Shown: positions 1 to 13,249, counted from the first letter of the stretch. The stretch is DNA of 64,000 nt from Anthoceros angustus (GCA_010909165.1 VJWM01000025.1:2914001-2978000), one strand, 5' to 3'. Program-made: numbers and translations. Notes: generated by a model from the sequence alone, not told the origin.

Positions 1-1327
1 TCACAGTGACCGTGCCGATCCCAACAAGCACCACCTACTTCGACACCCGCCACAAGACAGAACCCTGCAACAGCCAAAGGATCCATCATCTGCCCGCACC
101 TCAATCCACGCAAACACCACCGTGAGCCATCTACCCTTCCCCTACCAGCCTTCACTCACAACGTCAAAAACACCTGCCCACGTACCGTTCTACTGCTGTG
201 CACCTTCAGACGGCTAACAACCCATATCTTAGCCCTTAACTTCGTCAAGAGAGGAACGAATCACTGCCCCTAGACCCCAGATACACTCTACTCATCTCCA
301 TGCTGGATCGCAACTGGATCATTCTAACACATGCGCAACCCCTGCAAGTGTCTACCTCCAGCTTGCCTTACACCAGATCTGCACACCATCTCCTTCAATT
401 CGCAACTCCAGCCCTCCACCCACAACACGAGGCCACTCCGTAACCCAGCTTTCACCCATCAACCCTCCGCCACACTATCGTCGTCCCTGAGCCCGCACAT
501 GCGGAAGCTGCATCAATTCCCCTCCTCCCCCGCCTCCCTGGGTCACAAGATACCCGCCCAATTTCGAGCATTCCCGGATCTGAGGACCCCAACTCTCCCT
601 CACCCTGCCGTGCCAACCACCAGCCAGAAGCGGCAGCGAAATTTCCTCAACCGCCCACAAAGTCTCCAGCCACTTGGCCGATCCGCAGCAGACGACAAGC
701 GTAATTGAGGCGGCGCGGGGAGGGCCAGCCCAGCCCCAATTGCTCTTGGCTAAGTCAACCCCTGCAGTTGCTGCGTTCCAGGCGGTAGGTAGTGCGAGTG
801 TCTGGATGGAACTAGAACCGCGCCCACCTCTGCCCTCCACACTCGATAAGACTGCAGTGAAGGGCGTTGCAATTCTGGACCCCGTTAGTGCTGCCGCATT
901 TCGCGCCTCCCCATCAATCTGACACGGCATTCCTGCGCCCAGAGCCTGGCCCGTGCCTTCCCGCTGGCCGGCAAATTTGTCCCTATGATTTTGTGCTTTC
1001 GCCTTCTCCAAACTCGAGGAATTTTGGCTTTGGAGGCCTTCAAGCCCCGCATCATATTCACTTTAATTTGTGCAAAGCAGCACCTAAACCTAGGGCTTAA
1101 TGCGGCTTATTAGTTGCTCTATTGCTTTTTAGTATCGCACACTTCTCTATCAACACTTCAACCCCTTCAATTTGTCATTATCACTCTAAGGGGTTGCAAA
1201 TCCACTGTTTGGTATGAAGATATACCTTAGAACCTACTTGGAATGACTGGTCTTACAAGTAGACATTGAGAACACCTTAATATCATTTTCAGGGGCATCA
1301 TCTTCGAGGAGCTCAGAGGCTCTAGTA

Positions 1328-1927
1328 GTGTCTTGGCGAGCCTCATCTTGTTTGTTGGTTGTTTCTATAGCAGGTCCTCCAACCTCTATTAGCAGCACAA
1401 GAATTTCTCATCAAGATTTGCATGTCTCTTTTCTAAAGTCGGCCACGGGATCATGCGACCCTCTGGGTGGTACTCTTTCCGCCATTGCTCATTGCAACGC
1501 TGTATCCATTGTTGTCTCCTCAGCGCGCGATTGTGTCTTCCCTTCGATGGCTAACGACTCCCACATTCTTGGACCTAGTGAGAAAGTCAAGGAGGCCTTT
1601 GAGTTCTTCTCCTTTGAGCTCTCCTTGCTCGGTTTGAAGGTCAAGCTCTCCAAGTGCCATGTCTAGCCTCCATCAAGGGGCACTCCTATGTTGCAATTCC
1701 CCGCTGATAAGATTGCGTCGGCTTCGGATCTACGAATTTTGGGGGTCCCCTTTGGTAGTCTCGACTTCTCGGAAGCTTCCTTCATCAGGCTTTGGCAGAC
1801 GATGTTGAAGACCTTCCTTTGCTTGAGGATCGACATGTGGCTTTTGGCATTTTTTCCTCCTGTTTTGCTAAGCATCCAAGTTACCTCATCCGCACTCTGC
1901 CCCTCCTCCAACCTCCAGTGCTTCTAG
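1328..1927 (+). mobile_element. Degenerate non-LTR retrotransposon reverse-transcriptase fragment (CRE-like)
   Basis: Broken ORFs contain eroded RT motifs: SCDPLGGTLSAIAH (~QGDPLGxxLF), FPSMANDSHILGP (~YADD), LGLKVKLSKC (~LxLNxxKC), then LRILGVPFG in another frame. Stops and frameshifts are present. Confidence 0.6.
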
Positions 1928-3911
1928 TGCGGCTGTAGGGGTTTACCAAAATAATTATGGACACATCGGGCTTTTGAGTGCCTCTGGGGCCAAGAGGCTT
2001 TTGAGTGCCTTAGAGGTGACTTGGCACATTGGCAAGTATCGTTGCCAATAGATTTTGGGAGTATTAGTCTACTTTCGATGGTGTAGTCTTTCCACGCGAA
2101 GTTTTTAGGCAGCTAGGCTTAGTCTGTCCTGGCTTTGGCCTCCTCCAGTACAAGTCCTTTTTGGAGGTTTTTCTATATGGAGTTAACATGCACATTCAGA
2201 ATCAACATAAAAATCAAGAAGCATCTTTTCACTATTATAGCATAGAAATAGCATTATCAAGACATTTGTACTCACCATTCACCACTTTTGCCTTGACCCT
2301 ACTAGAATTTATTAGGCTATATAAGTTTTATGTTAAGTGTGGGCCTTTCTATGTTTCACTTTGGGAGTCATGTTACTTTCCCTTGGGGTGGTCCCAAACC
2401 TCCAAAGTGTAACACCCAATGTTACTTATCTATACATACATATGTACCTTGTTATGTTGACCTTGGAGGTTCAAAGTCCGTATAGCTACATGGTTGCAGG
2501 TACATCGGACAGGTATGATGCCGACACCCTTGCATGTGGGGGCATTTATAGGCTCAATTCTATGGGGCCGTGCACTACGTGCGAGGCATTTATGGGATGC
2601 AGCCTATGGGCCCTCGGGCGCTAGACCATGTGTATGCCTGCCCATATGCGTACATGTATATGGCATGTCTGCCCATATGGGCACATGCACATGGCATTCC
2701 CAGCGCCTTCCCGTGTTGGTGGGACAATCATGCGGAATTAACCTTGCCCTCCTCTATCCACACTTGTTCACATCCTTGCGAAGCGGGCCATGTGCCCCGC
2801 GTGCATTGAGCCATGTGCATTTACCTGGTCGATCAAACAAAAGCCATGTTATGCATTGTGAAAATCCCACTGAATGTTTGGGAACAAGTAGAGGAAGTTT
2901 TCGACCTTTCAGCGAGGGCTAAGCTACCAAAGTAAGGCAATCAGAAGAAGGAATCAAAAGAAGTAAATCACAGTGTTCATGGCCGGATCCAGAACTGCGG
3001 TCGTACGAGATCCGAATATAATCATTAAGCCAATTCATGCCAACAAATGACAAGTTTACCAAGTATGCCTCTCAGGGAAGCAGGCAAGCGTATCAGCTTA
3101 TCTAGTTGGGAGAAGGTTTTTTTTAGGGCGAACTCACCGTGGATGGCATGAAGGCATGGATTATTAAGGCCAAGAAATTGAATATGATCTAAATTATCCT
3201 CTATTTAAGTTTGTATCGGAATTCATTTGCTGAAGTCGAACGAGAATACTCGCAGTACTCCATAGCGGTAGACATAGCAAAGATTCAACCAGTCTTTGAC
3301 CATATTGTAAGTAAGCAATTCTCTTTTTGATGTGCGCACAATTCATTTGGGTTCGCACATAAGGGTGTGAATTAGTTTGTGCACCATTCCCTTTAGGTGC
3401 GCAAAGTAGTTTGCGCACTTGCAAAGTGTGCACCCTTGTTTGCAAACTCCTGCCTTCGTAAGTGCGCAAACGCGTACCCCTCTCTTCGCAGTAGCTAACC
3501 TCGTGAACACGATATGCATACAAACTCTGAAGTAGAGCTGAAGAATACAAATGAAATTTGATTTTAGATAGCTTCAAAGAGTATATTAATGCGACACGGA
3601 ACTGGAAGAGGGTCGAAGATTTACAAAAAAGTTAGCAGAAGACAACAATGATGCAAATCTCTTAGTGTTTCATGTCCCGAAAAGCAAGCAAAAAGTACGG
3701 TACTAAGCAATCATTGGAGACATTCGAGAAATGACAACCTATCTGGGGAAGAGGGAGTCCAAGTTATTGATCGTTAACTTGCCGAGAGGGAAGTTATCAG
3801 ACATATGAATAAGAAGATGACATTGGGAAGATCATGGAAGGATTCATGTTAGTCACGAAGATGTGTTTATACCATCGTCTGGCAAAAAGATAACTTGGTT
3901 GCGAATGAAGG

Positions 3912-3965
3912 GCTGTTTGAAAACTTTGAATACGTGATATCACGTATTCAAAGTTTTCAAACAGC
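3912..3965. repeat. Perfect 54-bp loopless palindrome
   Basis: gctgtttgaaaactttgaatacgtgat|atcacgtattcaaagttttcaaacagc; the 27-bp arms are exact reverse complements. Confidence 0.95.
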
Positions 3966-5142
3966 TAGTAGGCTATGGTGTCCACGGTACTGTGGAAGAT
4001 GTTTGGAAGTGCAGGGCATTATGCAACAACGCAGCCAATGAGATTGGAATTAGGCTCGCTTTCATCAAACACAGCGTTGTCGTTAAAAAACCGTTTCAAA
4101 GCACTTGCGCCTCTATCGACCTTCAGGAGTTGAGTCAAATACAAGGAATACACAAGAAATCCTCCCAAAGGACCTGGTGGAGCCTAGGCCCTAGCTTAGG
4201 GGCTCGAGAAAGAGAAGGGACGAAGGTTAGGGGGTTAAAGCGTTGAAGCTGCAACTGTGGATGCTTATTTTTGTTATATAATTCACTAGTATGATTAAAA
4301 AAAATCCCTAGCGTGCAGTTCGGCATGATAGTGGCCGCCAACACCTCTCCTGTCGGCACCTCTCCTGCTGGCACGCCTTGCCTCTTGGCAGCTTGCACGT
4401 CCTGCCCTCTTGGCAGCTTGCACATCCTTGCTGTCCATTTCATTTCTAACCCTAGGGAAGGAGGTTTTTCAACCTATCATTCCCCCATCAACACTTCCTA
4501 TGGCATTCTCATCTTCATAATCCACCAAGCCTTGATGAATGCCTCTTCCCTATAAGGAGAGAGGTGCTTCCACAATGGTTTTTTCAACATTGTTGTAACA
4601 CCAATGCTGTAAGTAGAACATATTAAAAAGCGTTGACAAAGGCGTGTTGTAATGGAATCCAGTGAAAAACAATACCTATCTTACAACGGGCGTTTTACAT
4701 TGTGGTTTGCAACAAATCGTTTTACAATGTACGATATTCCGGACGATTTCTTTACGTAGATAAGTTTCCCTTTCAGAGAAAATGTATCACATTACAGATA
4801 CGCCAGCAGGATGTTGGAGTGTGCAATACATATTCAGAAAACTAGGACGGCAGTTTGATCCGTACATCGGCCGAAGGTTGGACCAGTACATTCGGACGGA
4901 AAGCATCTCGGACGAGATTTAGGCAAATTTGAAAGAATGGTAAGAGAAAAATCTATTTTAGTCCACTTGGATGGAGTTTTCCTATCATGGGACAAACCCG
5001 TCCTGCTCAAGAAAAGTCCCAGCCGGCGCGGTATCCATGGCTGGCTGTGGCTGCCCTTAACAACATAAGAAGAATGGTTCTACCATCGCTCTACCCACAA
5101 ACGTGTTGCAAACGAATGAAAGAAATCAGGAGGCAGGCAGCC

Positions 5143-7040
5143 TTATACTGATTTGGGCCAGTCTCCACCGATGAAGTCCAATGACAAGAAGGGCGCCGCC
5201 TCCTTCTTAGTAAGGACTTTGGCCCAAGACGGCCATGTGGTGGAGTTGGAGCCAGGCCCTGAGCACTTGTATTCTCCGTAATACACAGTCCTGCACATGC
5301 ACAGTCGCAGAGCATCTTAAAATCAGAGGGAGCCTGGATTGCATATACCTGTAAGGGGGAGATGTGATGCATGAGGATAGCTGCTCAGTGCAGCAAATGG
5401 TGTAGGAAGGGTGTTTGGTACTCACTTCTCCCGTCCAGGGACTCCCCAGTTGTACCAGCCGCCGGGAGTGATGATGTCGTCAATGTAGCAGAAAGAGTAG
5501 ACAACCCTGGAATAGGGCCCCCAGGCTCGGCCCAGGTAGAGAATGCCGGAGCCGTCGATGAGGCAGTCGATGAAGGAGAAGCCTGTCTTCTCCTTCTTCG
5601 TCAGTCTCTTCTGGGCTGTGAGCGAGCCGAAGGTCTTGGCTATGGCGTGCAGGTGGCAGCTCTGTCACATTGGTCACTTCAGATTAGCGCAACTTGAAGC
5701 GAGCTTCTCCATCACGTCCCTGGACTTGGGTGAACTAAAGCATGCAGCATATGTTGAGACACGAAGCGAAGGCCTGGGCGTTGCAGTGGTACCTGGTAGA
5801 TAGACTGCCCGTCGCCAAAAATGAAGTCGATGGAGCCTTCGATGTAGCAATTCTTGAAGTAGTGCCGACCACGGTGATCGTACAGAGTGTCTTGAGCACC
5901 GTAGAATCCGCAAGCGGAGAAGTAGGCCTTGTCCCCTGAAACCCGCAGCGCCACGGCTTGCTTGCCGACAGCTCCAGGAGGTGGAGCTGGAGCTGTGTTC
6001 TGCCATGATCCGTCCACGTCAATGCCGTTTCCGCGAGTGAGCTCAACCACTGGACCAACAAGCGTAAGGAGCACCGATCCATGGCCACCAGCAACAAGCT
6101 GCTGTTGCTGCCGCTGCATACCTTGAAATTAATGCCCGTTGCGACGAAATGGTCAGAGTTGACGGCAACGCTGGCGCTTCCGTAGGTGCTCAGATTCTTC
6201 TTGTCCGCCCCGAGGGTGGAGGCGGTGTCGTTCCACTCGATGATGGTCAGGTGCCGGCCGTCGCCTTGGAACGTGATGTACGGTTTGTTGGAGGGAACAG
6301 TCACCTTCTCCCTGCAACAGCGCAATTGCAGTCTCAGGCAACCAAGCCTTCCCTCACAGTCGACATCGACATCGACATCGACAAAGCAGCAACAGCAAAA
6401 ATAATGCAGCAAAGTCTCCAATTCTGGCCAGCTCCTCACCTGTAAATGCCCTTCTTAATGCGGATCACAACCCGCTTCCGGTTATGCTCAGCCACGCTGT
6501 CCACCGCGTCCTGCACCTTCTGGAATTTCCCACTCCCATCCTTGGCCACCACTATGGTCTTGCTCTTGCTCTTCTTCGACTTCTGCACAGTCCGAACGAA
6601 CATTGTCAGTCTCGCTCACCTCCACCCTCCTCACACACAAGAGACAACTTCCCACAAATCCACCCAACGCTGGCCTACAGTCACATGATTCACAACAGAG
6701 GCATTAATCTTCACTGCCAACCCCGCACCTTGCTCTTCTTCTTCTTCTTCTCCTTGTCCTTGCTGCTCTTCTTCTTGTCCTTGCTGGAGGTTTTCGTCGG
6801 GCTCACGGAGAGGGAGACGGACTCTGGGTCCCCGCCCGCAGCATCCTCGTCCCCACCAACGTGCAGCTCGCTGCCGCTCTTCTGCTTGGCGTAGTACTCA
6901 TCCCCGACCGCTTTGATCCAGTTCTCGTACTCCTCCTTCTGGGTGGCGCTGGGGGCCTTGGGGAAGCCCCCCAGGGCCGCGCCCGAGACTGTGAGCAGGA
7001 AGCAGAGCAGCAGACACACAGGATTTCGGCTCGCCATCAT
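5143..7040 (-). CDS. Pectin methylesterase without PMEI pro-domain, with signal peptide and Lys-rich linker; multi-exon
   Basis: Spliced motifs [64 protein letters not shown] and [14 protein letters not shown] at 7040 precedes a hydrophobic signal ([17 protein letters not shown]); TAA at 5143-5145. Confidence 0.92.
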
Positions 7041-7499
7041 TCCTGCTCGCACCACCCCAGCTCCGCAATGTGGCTTAATTCCTCACCATCTTCGAACCGA
7101 GGAGTAGAATCCTTGAGGCAGCAGGGGAGCCCAAGACCGCATTCGCAGAGCCTGGGCCTGGCGGCTGTTGAGATTCATGCGCATGGGGAGACCAACTGAT
7201 GAGCTGCGTTGCAACGAGCAAGACAGGACCGGCAACTTGTAGCGGGGAGAGGCCGCTGCGGGGACGCCAGTTTCGCCTCTGGTGCAGGCGGCTGCAGAGC
7301 CATTATGGGTAAGGCGGGAACAGATATTTGGTTGCGCCAGCGGTTGAGGGATTTCGCCTCTTTGTCTGCCCCCATTGGCTTGACGCTTTCTTTTGTGTAT
7401 TTAAGACTCGCGCTTATCCAGCCGGTGGACGGGCGACTGCGGCCTGCCCCAATTCGCGCCGGCCTACACAGTTACTTTGCAGGCCGACTGGTCGCCACT

Positions 7500-9500
7500 G
7501 CAGGGCTGGACACCCACTGTATTCTACGCACTGGGAAAGTGTGTGTTAAAATAAGATAGAGATGCATGTCTTCCTTGGCTGAAGGCCGACAAGTGTGAAG
7601 CCAGGTGTGTGGTGGCTCCTACCATTCTTGCTTCGCATGCATGTCCTCCCTCCGGCAGATAAAATAGACCCAGTCTGTCTGCATTTGGAGCCAGATCTGA
7701 TGTGGCCGGCTCCGGATGCACTTGATGCAGTTGGTGATTCCATCGTGCGTTATAGCAGCTTGCTGCTTGATTGCTCCAACTGGAAGTTAGGATACACTTA
7801 CGTTATCACTCGTGCATGGATGATTGGAGGCCAAGTTATTAGGGAGATGAAAGGAGAAGGGTTCGTACCAGTTTACCACAAGGGTCGTGCTCTTCCCAAC
7901 ACCAGTGACCACAGTCGAGAACGTGGTGACCCCCAGCCTACTCGTGCCCCTCGCAACCTGGATTCCTGACAGAAAAGAGGGGTCCATGAGTGGCAGCTTC
8001 AAACGTTTTTGTTATAGAATATGCCACGCCACTGGCTCAGTCAGAGACAGTTAATACTGCGTGCTCAAATCATGTAAGCCCATTGGACATAACCCATCTC
8101 CGGCATTGACTCTCTGACATGCCAGCCCATCGCTGCTCTGTTTCCAGCAGCACGGCGCCGGTTCCGGTTGCCTGGACAGTGTGCAGAAGATACATAGGGG
8201 AAAAGTACCTGCAAGAGTATCCCTCAAGGTGTGTCAAGTCCAGGCTCCTCCATTCACACTCCAGGTTTTGGGCCTCTTGGAGCATCTGGGATTCTGGTGG
8301 AGGCCGAGAGTCGGGGGGGCATTTTGCGTTGTAGACTGGAATCCGTCGGGACGAACGTTCCTGGAAGGCAGCTTTGCATGTGTGCTCACATGCGTGTAAA
8401 CTTGGAGCACCTGTCCAGCAGGGTACCATGGGCCATGCCGAGAACGCAAGTCAGAAAAGAGCCAAAAGCATCTGCGCGAGGAGGTTAAATAAGTACAAGA
8501 TGCAGGCCCGCATGCGGGGGGCATGCTGAGATGATGCAAACAGACTTTGGCGCTGTAGCGTGGAACAGACACATGCTGTGTGTAACATGATGCTTGCGGT
8601 AGACGACAAAAACAGAGGATGAAGCATGTCACCTTTTAGTACAGCTTGACTATTGTGCTGGACTCGGAGGCGGCAGTGCAGGCCAACACATATCCCTTTC
8701 GTGAAGGCATGGTAAAGTGGACAGTGTCTGCAGTTAGCAGCAGGAGGCTTGAAGGAGCAGGAGAAACACTTAAGGCATTGACACAAAAGTAGCTCTTGGC
8801 TTTGGAGGGAGGAACCGGAGAGGGCACCTGGTCTCTGCGAGGATTGAAGGCGACGCAAAGGTGCTGTTTGCTGTCTGCACATAGAACAGAGCATCTTGGA
8901 ATGTCCAGCAGGGATATTGTATGCAGTGCACTTGTCGAGTCACAACACAACCAGGTGTGATGTGATACGAAAAGAATGGGCTAGACTCGTGCAATGTATA
9001 CCTAGCCCTTGTTTACTGCTTGCCAAGCAGCCAAGAAATTTGTAAACGAGAACTAGGAACATATTGCACTGAGTCTAGCCCAGTGCTTGCTCCATGACAT
9101 TGGACACGTGGACCACTTTTCCGTACAAATTCGCCAGGAGCATATGACAGGCAGCAGCAACTAATGACATGGGGCGTAACTTCACACAATCGTCTCGCAG
9201 CCTCACGAACCTCTACTCGAAGGTGCAAGAAGTATGTGAGAAGTGATCAGAAGGCAAACGCTAGCTAGCATTTTTAGGCTGTGCCACTCTCTGCACATCC
9301 CAAACCACAGGCACATCACATCAGGTAGGAGAAAAAGCACATCAGGCACACCAGGTAGGAGAGCAATCTCCTGCCATGGCACACATGACTTTCGAAGGCC
9401 TCAAGGACTTGTACACCAGAGAGCTCTCAACGGCACCTCAGATCCCATCGCCAACATTCCTCACAACCTCAAACGTGATGCGGGTTTTGCACTCCAGTGA
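7500..9500 (-). other. Possible multi-exon gene of unknown function (unresolved)
   Basis: Several GT-AG-bounded open segments on the minus strand (e.g. ~8730-8635, ~8470-8410, ~8170-8090, ~7960-7870) with gene-like composition. I could not assemble a consistent model or recognise a family. Confidence 0.25.
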
Positions 9501-10013
9501 CTGCGTCTTGAGCTACGTCCTCCGGCCTACTGGTTAGGCTCGCCCTAAAAATGCCGACCTCAGCCTAAGCCCCGGTGTCACTCCAAGCAATCGATCTATT
9601 TCCCCGACACTCGCGCTCGCTAAGTACATTGCAAGGCGAGAACGTGAAAGGAGGACCGCATCATAGGAGGGCATGCGCTGTTTTCGAAATCTGCGAGTCT
9701 ACGCAACTCAATGTGCCTGCAGGCTACGGATACTGTCGACCTACAGTAGTTCGAACTCAATCGGGACGCTTTGAGACTATATGGTGGGGCTTCCTGCTTT
9801 CAATAGTTCACAAGGCTTTACTGAATCAAATTCACTGTCCACAACTGTCCAAAGACGGCAGTGAAGCTGCACAGGCTCATCCAGCATGGAGACTGGGCGC
9901 TATGAGCCTTCACTGCGCTACAAATCGCAATCGGATATGTACACATGGAACAAGCACACCTGGGACTGTGACGACAACACAGCTGACGTGTGCTAATAAA
10001 TAAATCTTCTCAT

Positions 10014-11160
10014 CTACAAGGTCTGAACGGGGCCAACCTTACCATCCACAAAATCCCAGTGCTCATAGACGCCATCAACGATGTCGTAGTATGCGCCGAA
10101 GATTCTCAATCCACGTTCCTTGATGGCTTCGGTCACGAAGGGATAGGTCAGAAGATTTTTCAGCGAGTTGTTGACTGACTCCCTGGCAAGCAAATCATGT
10201 TTGTCCTGAAAGGAAGCGTCCTCGCCAAGGGCCTGGATGGTCTTGGTGTGCGCATCCTCGCTGATCTTGATCCATTTTTCCACAAATTCGAAACTGCAAA
10301 TTCGGGACCCGGGACGAAATGTCAGGTCTCAGCTGCAGGATAGTCAGTCCCTCCCTGTGGGAACGAATGAAGCGGCATGTGAGAGCTTCCTCACCTTTGC
10401 TTCTTTGCTCCATCCGAGTTGAGAAGATGGACTATACCCCCGCAGCTGTGGTGTCCAGTCACCACAATGTATTGTGCCTTGAGGACCTTGACAGCGTACT
10501 CCAAGCCAGAACCGATGCTCGGTGTCACATTCCCTTCCTGCATTATTTACAGTAGAAAGCACGGTCAGGACAACCATAATCCCCTTCCAACAAACTCACA
10601 TTCAAACAATCTTCACAACCCGGTTGACAGGGCAACTTCAAGGAAGCCACCTTCTCGGCGCTGTAGGGAGGCACCAGGTTGGCAACATTGCGAATAACAA
10701 TCGCCTCTCCTGGCTGAATTCCAATCAACACCTCAGGTGCAACCCGGGTATCCATACAGGTGATGATGATGAACTGCACAGCATCCATTTCAGTACCAAT
10801 CCATTCAGAACAACAAAGGTTCAATGGACTCTTCCCACCTGGCTTGTTAAATCTAAGCTCAAAAACGTCTTGCAGCTGGCAATTGGATAGTACTCACCCG
10901 TGGCCATTGCCCTGTCTTCAGAGGCTCGTACCTCGCGGGCTCTTTCCTACAGACAGTGAATCGGTCCACGCAAGCGAGACAGCAATTCTCAAGCCACAGC
11001 CTTCAAGGTTTGAAATCGAAATTAATTGAGCTTAAACTTACAGGAATTTCTCATTCCGGTACTGGTTGAAGGCAACTTTGAGCTTGGCGAAGGGGTCAGT
11101 GCCAGGGGGATCAGGAGCATGGACATTCTCCTTCTCCACAACAGCTGCGGTAGAGGCCAT
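10014..11160 (-). CDS. Beta-carbonic anhydrase
   Basis: Exons: MASTAAV...TDPFAKLKVAFNQYRNEKF / KEPARYEPLKTGQWPR / IITCMDTRVAPE...QPGEAIVIRNVANLVPP / LEYAVKVLKAQYIVVTGHHSCGGI / ESVNNSLKNLLTYPFV...GAYYDIVDG. Zn ligands Cys and HxxC are retained. Confidence 0.93.
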
Positions 11161-13249
11161 TGAAGCTTGTGTGATCTGCACACCGACTAATGAAATCACT
11201 AAGCAGGAATTCTAATAAAGTTACTAAAAAGCAACGGCTCAGTCCACATCCCGCATGCACATCGTTAAGAGCAGCGAGACAGTCACAAGACTCCGGCAGA
11301 AAAACACGAAAGATGCAAATGGTACGCAAGCGAAATAAACGGGATAGCCAAATTCGAATAGCAGCGAATGAGGAGCAAAGAGCGGCGTCTCACATGAAAC
11401 TTGGACCAAAGGAAGCAGCGGCGGATGGTGTGAGCCTGAACCCAGCCATGCCGCCTTATGTTGTGCATTTCGGAGAGAGGCACAAGGATTACAAACGCTT
11501 CAACCTGCAGTGAACCTGTAGCTCATTCCGGTCCAGATTCACGCCAAAGACACCTCCTCCCACACTTCGCTCCGGCATTCATGGGAATGGCAAGCAGAAA
11601 CGCCTCAAACTATTCCCACACATCTCTCTTTCATCTTAAAGCGAGATGGCCTCGCCGCGCACGCGCTCGGGCTCGGGCTCGCGCTGTGGCCTTGGCCTTG
11701 CTACGGCAACCCAGGTGCCACCCGTCTGCCGGTCCTACTGTCTACACCGGGGTCGCCAGTGCTGTCGGTCAATTACATGTCACACAAATATCCCCCCATA
11801 AACTTGGATCACAAAATGCAATCTACAATTACACCTTCATACATACCTTTACACTACATACCTAGACAACATAGATATATAGAGGAAAGACCTTGAGGTT
11901 TCAAACTTGCAAGAACTAGAATTAAAATTAAAATTAAAAAACCTTTACGATAGTAACCTGAAACCAATCATTTTATCTATATCAAAATAATCATAAAAAA
12001 AAGAAATTCATGACAAACGTGTGACTTAGAGTACCGTTTCACGAAAGTGCTATATTTCATTGTGATATTATAGGTCTTTATAATTTTTTCGTCATATAGG
12101 TTTGCCATCAAGTTCGCAAGATAGTTGAGGACCTATAAGTCTCTATGATTTCATTCCTATAATGCTCTATGATTTTATTCTCATATAGTTCCTATGATAT
12201 TATTTTTATATAAGTTCTTTTAAAAAATAATATGTATAAAATATCATCTTCAGTTTCGACCAATTATGTGTTTGGAATTCAATTGCATTCGTATATGTCT
12301 CTATATCAATCCAATGGCAAAAGTTTATTTTATTATATGAGAAGATATGAAAGAATTTTGTCATGAAATATTTTGTTTGGGTTGGATTTATGTATATGAG
12401 GATATAATTGTAGGAATGTTCTTATTTGTTTTTGGAATTTGAGTTGTTAAGTTGCATGCTGTAAAAATGTTCACTACTCAACAAGTGTGCGAGCATGGCT
12501 ACGACTATGAGCCATTGTGTGCAGTTCGGAGCAGTAATAGGGGCTAGTCTGGGAGTCCTATCCTTTGTGAAGCAACGAAGTAATGAATAGTAGCAAAGGG
12601 TTGGTTTGAGAGTCCTAATATAATGAGAAGTACCGAGTAATAGCAAGGGTTTTGTCTCTATGTTAAATAAAGAGTAATAGCATCAGCTAGTCTCCAATCT
12701 CGATTGAAGTAACATGACGCAGAAAATCTTGAAATCCCACCACATATGGTAGACATTGGTCTATATGTGTTCATCCGCTTTGAGATGTGTGAACGAAAGC
12801 ACACGTTGTCCACATTCCTTGGGAACACATTTCAGGTTTTGATGCAGGGATGATGGCCAAAGTTTTTCTCTACAAACCATGTTCAAGTGTGGGCGAAGGG
12901 GCCAGGCCATTTGCCACCTTCGAGCCAACTACAAAGGCTGATGCACCAATCATGGGTGTGAGGTACTTTCATGGTGTTGCTCATTGTATTTTGATTTTGT
13001 TGCTAACATCACTAGTGTTTTGCGACCTCATAACATCCAAAAGAAATGGCTCCACTTCAAATAAATATTTATACTATCTATTTTCTTCTGATTCAAATGA
13101 ATATTTTTACCTTCTAGGTGTGAACAAATGAGTATATGTGTGAACAAATATTTTTATCTTCTATGTTTTTTCAAATTCATTTCTTTTTTCAAACAATGAA
13201 AATGAAGAAGAAGAATTTTATTTAGGTCCTCTAAGGATAGATTTTTGTC

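Noticed and set aside
1-1100. ORFs 331-708, 475-1011 and 674-922 as genes or Gag
   Set aside because: No recognisable motif or consistent splice structure; probably decayed TE sequence, but this cannot be supported.
4560-4760. TTGTAA/TTACAA motif arrays (also 59210-59260) as CACTA subterminal repeats
   Set aside because: No terminal inverted repeats or target-site duplication could be located, so the element cannot be delimited.
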